Assembly: GCF_009914755.1 (NCBI RefSeq)
Contig: NC_060928.1
Length of the DNA: 64,000 nucleotides
Direction: 5' to 3' (one strand)
Origin: the human T2T-CHM13v2.0 reference genome, Homo sapiens
Part shown: positions 58,501-64,000 of the stretch, piece by piece
Layout of the letters: each line of letters opens with the position of its first letter
Numbering within the stretch: position 1 is the first letter of the stretch
The notes under the pieces: generated by a model
The model's input: only the letters and a program-made list of their open reading frames with translations
The model's database searches: none
What the model was told of the DNA's origin: nothing
Program-made: the position numbers and the translations under genes

Positions 58501-61500
58501 TTATGTACAGTATATAATACATACTTTGGGTACTTTGATATTTCATGCACAGTATACAATATATAGTTTGAGTACTTTGATATTTTATGTACTGTATAAA
58601 ATATATAGTTTTCGTACTTTGATATTTTATGTACAGTATATAGTTTGAGTACGTTGATATTTTATGTACAGTTTGTTATAAATGTTTGGGTGCTTTCATA
58701 TTTTATGTACAGTATATAATACATACTTTGGGCACTTTGATATCTTATGTACAGTATATAATACATACTTTGGGTTCTCTGATATTTTCTGTACAGTGTA
58801 TAATACATAATTTGGGTACTTTGATATTTTATGTACAGCATATAATACATACGTTGGGTACTTTGATATATTATGTACAGTATATAATACATACTTTGGG
58901 TACTTTGATATTTTATGTACAGTATATAATCCATAGTTTGTGTACTTTTATATTTTATGTACAGTATATAATACATACTTTGGGTACTTTGATATTTTAT
59001 GTACAGTATATAATACATACTTTGGGTACTTTCATGTTTTATGTACAGTATATAATATATAGTTTGGGTACTTTGATATTTTATCTACAGCTTATAATAC
59101 TTACTTTGGGTAATTTGATATTTTATGTACAGTATATAATACATACTTTGGGTAGTTTGATATTTTATGTACAGTATACAATATATAGTTTGAGTACTTT
59201 GATATTTTTTGTGCAGTATAAAATATATAGTGTTGGTACTTTGATGTTTTATGTACAGTATATATTTTGAGTACTTTGATATTTTGTGTACAGTTTATTA
59301 TAAATGTTTGGGTACTTTCATATTTGATGTACAGTATATAATACATAATTTGGGCACTTTGATATTTTATGTACAGTATATAATACATACTTTGGGTACT
59401 TTTATATTTTATGTACAGTATATAATACATACTCTGGGCACTTTGATATTTAATGTACAGTATATAATACACACTTTGCGTACTTTGATATTTTATGTAA
59501 AGCATGTAATACATACTTTGTGCAGTTTGATATTTTATGTACAGTATGTAATACACACTTTGGGTACTTTCATATTTTATGTACAGTATGTAAAACATAC
59601 TTTGGGTGGTTTGATATATTATGTACAGTATATAATACATACTTTGGGTACTCTGATATTTTATGTACAGTGTATAATACATACTTTGGGTACTTTGATA
59701 TTTTATGTACAGTATATAATACATACATTGGGTACTTTGATATATTATGTACAGTATATAATACTTACTTGGGGTACTTTGATATTTTATGTACAGTATA
59801 TAATACATACTTTGTGTACTTTGATATTTTATCTACAGTGTATAATATATACTTTGGGTATCTTGATATTTTATGTACAGTATATAATACATACTTTGAG
59901 TACTTTGATATTTTATGTACAGTATATAATACATACTTTGGATACTTTGATATTTTATGTACAGTATATAATACATACTTTGGGTACTTTGATATTTTAT
60001 GTACAGTATATAATACATACTTTCGGTACTTTGATATTTTATGTACAGTATATAATATATAGTTTGGGTACTTTGATATTTTATGTACAGTATATAATAC
60101 ATACTTTGGGTACTTTGATATTTTATGTACAGAATATAGTTTGAGTACTTTGATATTTTATGTACACTTTATTATAAATGTTTGGGTACTTTCATATTCT
60201 ATGTACAGTATATAATACATACTTTGGTCTCTTTGATGTTTTATGTACAGTATATAATACATACTTTGGGTTCTTTGATATTTTATGTGCAGAATATAAT
60301 GCATAGTTTTAGGTACTTTTATATTTTATGTACAGTATATAATACATACTTTGGGTACTTTGATATTTTATGTACAGTGTATAATACATACTTTGGGAAC
60401 TTTGATATTTTATGTACAGTATGTAATACATACTTTGGGTACTTTGATATTTTATGTACAGTATATAATACATATTATTGGCACGTTGATATTTTATGTA
60501 CAGTATACAATATATAGTTTGAGTACTTTGATATTTTATGTCCAGTATAAAATACATAGATTTCATACTTTGATATTTTATGTACAGAATATAGTTTGAG
60601 TACTTTGATATTTTATGTACACTTTATCATAAAAGTTTGGGTACTTTCATATTTTACGTACAGTATATAATACATACTTTGGGCACTTTGATGTTTTATG
60701 TACAGTATATAATACATACTTTGGGTTCTTTGATATGTTATGTACAGCATATAGTACATAATTTGGGGACTTTTATATTTTATGTACATTATATAATACA
60801 TACTTTGGGTACTTTTATATTTTATGTATGGTATATAATACATACTTTGGGAACTTTGATATATTATGTACATTATATAATACATACTTTGGGTACTTTG
60901 TTATATTATGTACAGTATATAATACATACTTAGGGTACTTTGACATTTTATGTACAGTACATAATACATACTTTGGGTACTTTGATATTTTATGTACAGT
61001 ATATAATATATACTTTGGGTACTTTGATATTTTATGTACAGTATATAATATATGATTTGGGTACTTTTACATTTTATGTACAGTATTTAATATATAGTTT
61101 GGGTACTTTGATATTTTATGTACGGTATATAATACATACTTTGGGTACTTTGATATTTTATGTACAGTATATAATACATACTTTGGGTACTTTGATATTT
61201 TATGTACAGTATATAATACATACTTTGGGTACTTTGATATTTAATGTACAGTATATAATACACACTTTGCGTACTTTGATATTTTATGTAAAGTATGTAA
61301 TACATACTTTGGGTACTTTGATATTTTATCTACAGTATGTAATACACGCTTTGGGTACTTTGATATTTTATGTAGAGTATGTAAAACATACTTTGGGTAC
61401 TTTGGTATTTTATGGTCAGTATATAATACATATTTTGGGTACTTTGATATTTTATGTACAGTATATAATGCATAATTTGGGTACTTCAATAGTTTATGCA

Positions 61501-61581
61501 CAGTATATAATACATACTTTGGGTAATTTGATATTTTATGTACAGTATATAATGCATACTTTGGGTACTTTGATAGTTTAT
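38044..61581. repeat. Near-identical tandem duplication: copy 1 38044-49791 (11,748 bp), copy 2 49792-61581 (11,790 bp)
   Basis: ORF pairs 38225/49973, 41494/53242, 42845/54593 and 44654/56402 are offset by 11748; 45284/57074, 47461/59251 and 48847/60637 are offset by 11790. A novel junction lies at ~49792. Confidence 0.92.
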
Positions 61582-64000
61582 GTACAGTATACAATACATA
61601 CTTTGGGTACTTTGATATTTTATGTACAGTATATAATATGTAGTTTGGGTACTTTGATATTTTAACTACAGTATATAATACATACTTTGGGTACTTTGAT
61701 ATTTTATCTACAGTATATAATAGATACTTTGGGTACTTTGATATATTATGTACAGTATATAATACATAGTTTGGTTACTTTGATATTTTTTGTACAGTAT
61801 GTAAAACATACTTTGGGGAGTTTGATATTTTATGAACAGTATATAATACACATTTTGGGTACTTTGATATTTTATGTACGGTATATAATACATACTTTGT
61901 GTACTTTGATATTTTATGTACAGTATATAATTCATACTTTGGGTACTTTGATATTTTATGTACAGTATATAATACATACTTTGGGTACTTTGATATTTTA
62001 TAAACAGTATATAATACATACTTTGGGTACTTTGATATTTTATGTACTGTATATAATACATACTTTGGGTACTTTTATATTTTATGTACAGTATATAATA
62101 TATAGTTTGGGTAATTTGATATTTTATGTACGGTATATACTACATACTTTGGGTACTTTGATATTTTATGTATAGTATATAATACATACTAAGCGCACTT
62201 TGATATTTTATGTACAGTATATAATACATACTTTGGTTACTCTGATATTTTATGTACAGTGTATAATACATACTTTGTGTACTTTGATATTTTTTCTATA
62301 GTATATAGTTTGAGTACTTTGATATTTTATGTACAGTTTTTTATAAATATTTGGGTGCTTTCATATTTTATGTACAGTATATAATACATACTAAGCGCAC
62401 TTTAATATTTTATGTACAGTATATAATACATACTTTGGTTACTCTGATATTTTATGTACAGTGTATAATACATACTTTGGGTACTTTGATATTTTATGTA
62501 CAATATATAATACATACGTTGAGGACTTTGATATATTATGTACATTATATAATTCATACTTTGGGTACTTTGATATTTTATGTACAGTATATAATACATA
62601 GTTTGTGTACTTTGATATTTTATGTACAGTATATAATACATACTTTGGGTACTTTGATATTTTATATACAGTATATAATACATACTTTGGGTACTTTCAT
62701 ATTTTATGTACAGTATATAATATATAGTTTGGGTACTTTGATATTTTATCTACAGCTTATAATACATACTTTGGGTACTTTGATATTTTATGTACACTAT
62801 ATAATACATACTTTGGGTAGTTTGATATTTTATGTACAGTATACAATATATAGTTTGAGTACTTTGATATTTTATGTGCAGTATAAAATATATAGTTTTC
62901 GTACTTTGATATTTTATGTACAGTTTATAGTTTGAGTACTTTGATATTTTATGTACAGTTTATTATAAATGTTTGGGTACTTTCATATTTGATGTACAGT
63001 ATATAATACATAATTTGGGCACTTTGATATTTTATGTACAGTATATAATACATACTTTGGGTAGTTTTCTATTTTATGTACAGTATATAATACATACTTT
63101 GTTTACTTTGATATTTAATGTACAGTATATAATACACACTTTGCGTACTTTGATATTTTATGTAAAGCATGTAATACATAATTTGGGCAGTTTGATATTT
63201 TATGTACAGTATGTAATACACACTTTGGGTACTTTGATATTTTATGTACAGTATGTAAAACATACTTTGGGTAGTTTGATATATTATGTACAGTATATAA
63301 TGCATACTTTGGGTACTCTGATATTTTATGTACAGTGTATAATACATACTTTGGGTACTTTGATATTTTATGTACAGTACATAATACATACATTGGGTAC
63401 TTTGATATATTATGTACAGTATATAATACTTACTTGGGGTACTTTGATATTTTATGTACAGTATATAATACATAGTTTGTGTACTTTGATATTTTATGTA
63501 CAGTATATAATACATACTTTGGGTACTTTGATATTTTATGTACAGTATATAATACATACTTTGGGTATCTTGATATTTTATGTACAGTATATAATGCATA
63601 ATTTGGGTACTTTGATATTTTATGTACAGTATATAATGCATACTTTGAGTACTTTGATATTTTATGTACAGTATGTAATACATACTTTGGGTACTTTGAT
63701 ATTTTATGTATAGTATATTATACATACTTTGTGTAGTTTGATATTTTATGTACACTATACAATATATAGTTTGAGTACTTTGATATTTTATGTCCAGTAT
63801 AAAATATATAGTTTTCCTAATTGATATTTTATGTACAGAATATAGTTTGAGTACTTTGATATTTTATGTACAGTATATAGTTTGAGTACTTTGATATTTA
63901 ATGTTCAGTTTATTATAAATGTTTGGGTGCTTTCATATTTTATATACAGTATATAATACATACTTTGGGCACTTTGATATTTTCTGTACAGTATATAATA

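Larger units (their letters stand above)
1..64000. repeat. Human Satellite 1A (HSat1A / SAR / classical Satellite I) 42-bp tandem array, ~1,500 monomers, one orientation, running off both window ends
   Basis: The 42-bp unit GTACTTTGATATTTTAT+GTACAGTATATAATACATACTTTGG repeats throughout. Its reverse complement ACATAAAATATCAAAGT / ACCCAAAGTATGTATTATATACTGT matches the 17-bp A and 25-bp B RsaI units of classical human Satellite I (recognised from memory, not by database search). The consensus is 10/42 GC. Confidence 0.96.

Noticed and set aside
1-64000. Hundreds of ORFs encoding 14-aa repeats (LGTLIFYVQYIIHT; MYYILYIKYQSTQS; YFGYFDILCTVYNT; KYVLYTVHKISKYP)
   Set aside because: 42 is divisible by 3 and several frames of the consensus lack stops, so overlapping ORFs appear on both strands automatically. 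They break at every junction or indel, many start at TTG, and there is no unique coding sequence or sign of codon-level constraint.
1-64000. CRISPR-like repeat-spacer array (constant 17-bp part plus more variable 25-bp part)
   Set aside because: The 25-bp parts are near-identical to one another rather than unique spacers, and there is no leader or cas gene.
1-64000. TATAAT / TATATAA / TATAAAA promoter-like motifs in every monomer
   Set aside because: These are expected in a 76% AT repeat. There is no accompanying promoter context or downstream gene, so no promoter is called.
1-64000. Inversions, transposon insertions (Alu/L1), alpha satellite, CENP-B boxes, telomeric or HSat2/3 repeats
   Set aside because: None was seen on reading through. 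The T-rich strand stays on plus throughout and no GC-rich or non-monomer segment interrupts the array.
1-64000. Hairpin/cruciform or terminator structures from GTAC, TGTACA, AGTACT and TTATAA palindromes
   Set aside because: The palindromes are only 4-8 bp, too short for stable structures. They are useful only as restriction markers (RsaI, BsrGI, ScaI, PsiI).
1-64000. Assignment to a specific chromosome or haplotype
   Set aside because: HSat1A occurs on several chromosomes and the window has no unique flank. Assignment needs a k-mer search against T2T assemblies, which I cannot run.

Overview
The whole 64-kb window is one uninterrupted, single-orientation, AT-rich (~76% AT) tandem satellite. 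It is built from a 42-bp monomer (consensus GTACTTTGATATTTTAT-GTACAGTATATAATACATACTTTGG; two GTAC/RsaI sites give 17+25-bp pieces), about 1,500 copies in all. This matches classical human Satellite I / HSat1A (SAR), found in pericentromeric and acrocentric-short-arm heterochromatin; the chromosome and the exact hominoid species cannot be determined from the window. I see no genes, RNA genes, transposons, CRISPR array or unique sequence. All ORFs in the track are artefacts of a 42-bp (14-codon) unit with stop-free frames. The information lies in the higher-order architecture. About 86 copies of a conserved punctuation cassette (a 35-bp plus a 41-bp monomer) cut the array into blocks of n x 42 + 76 bp. 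These blocks are assembled into a 3,284-bp (79-monomer) higher-order repeat, a very young 11.75/11.79-kb tandem duplication, and 748-bp, ~7-kb and ~8-kb duplications, with several readable recombination and conversion scars. The most interesting functional hypothesis (inference only) is that the minus-strand RNA would carry a canonical Pumilio element (UGUACAUA) in nearly every monomer and AAUAAA at many block junctions. Offsets were derived by hand from the sequence and ORF-track coordinates, and duplication boundaries are approximate.
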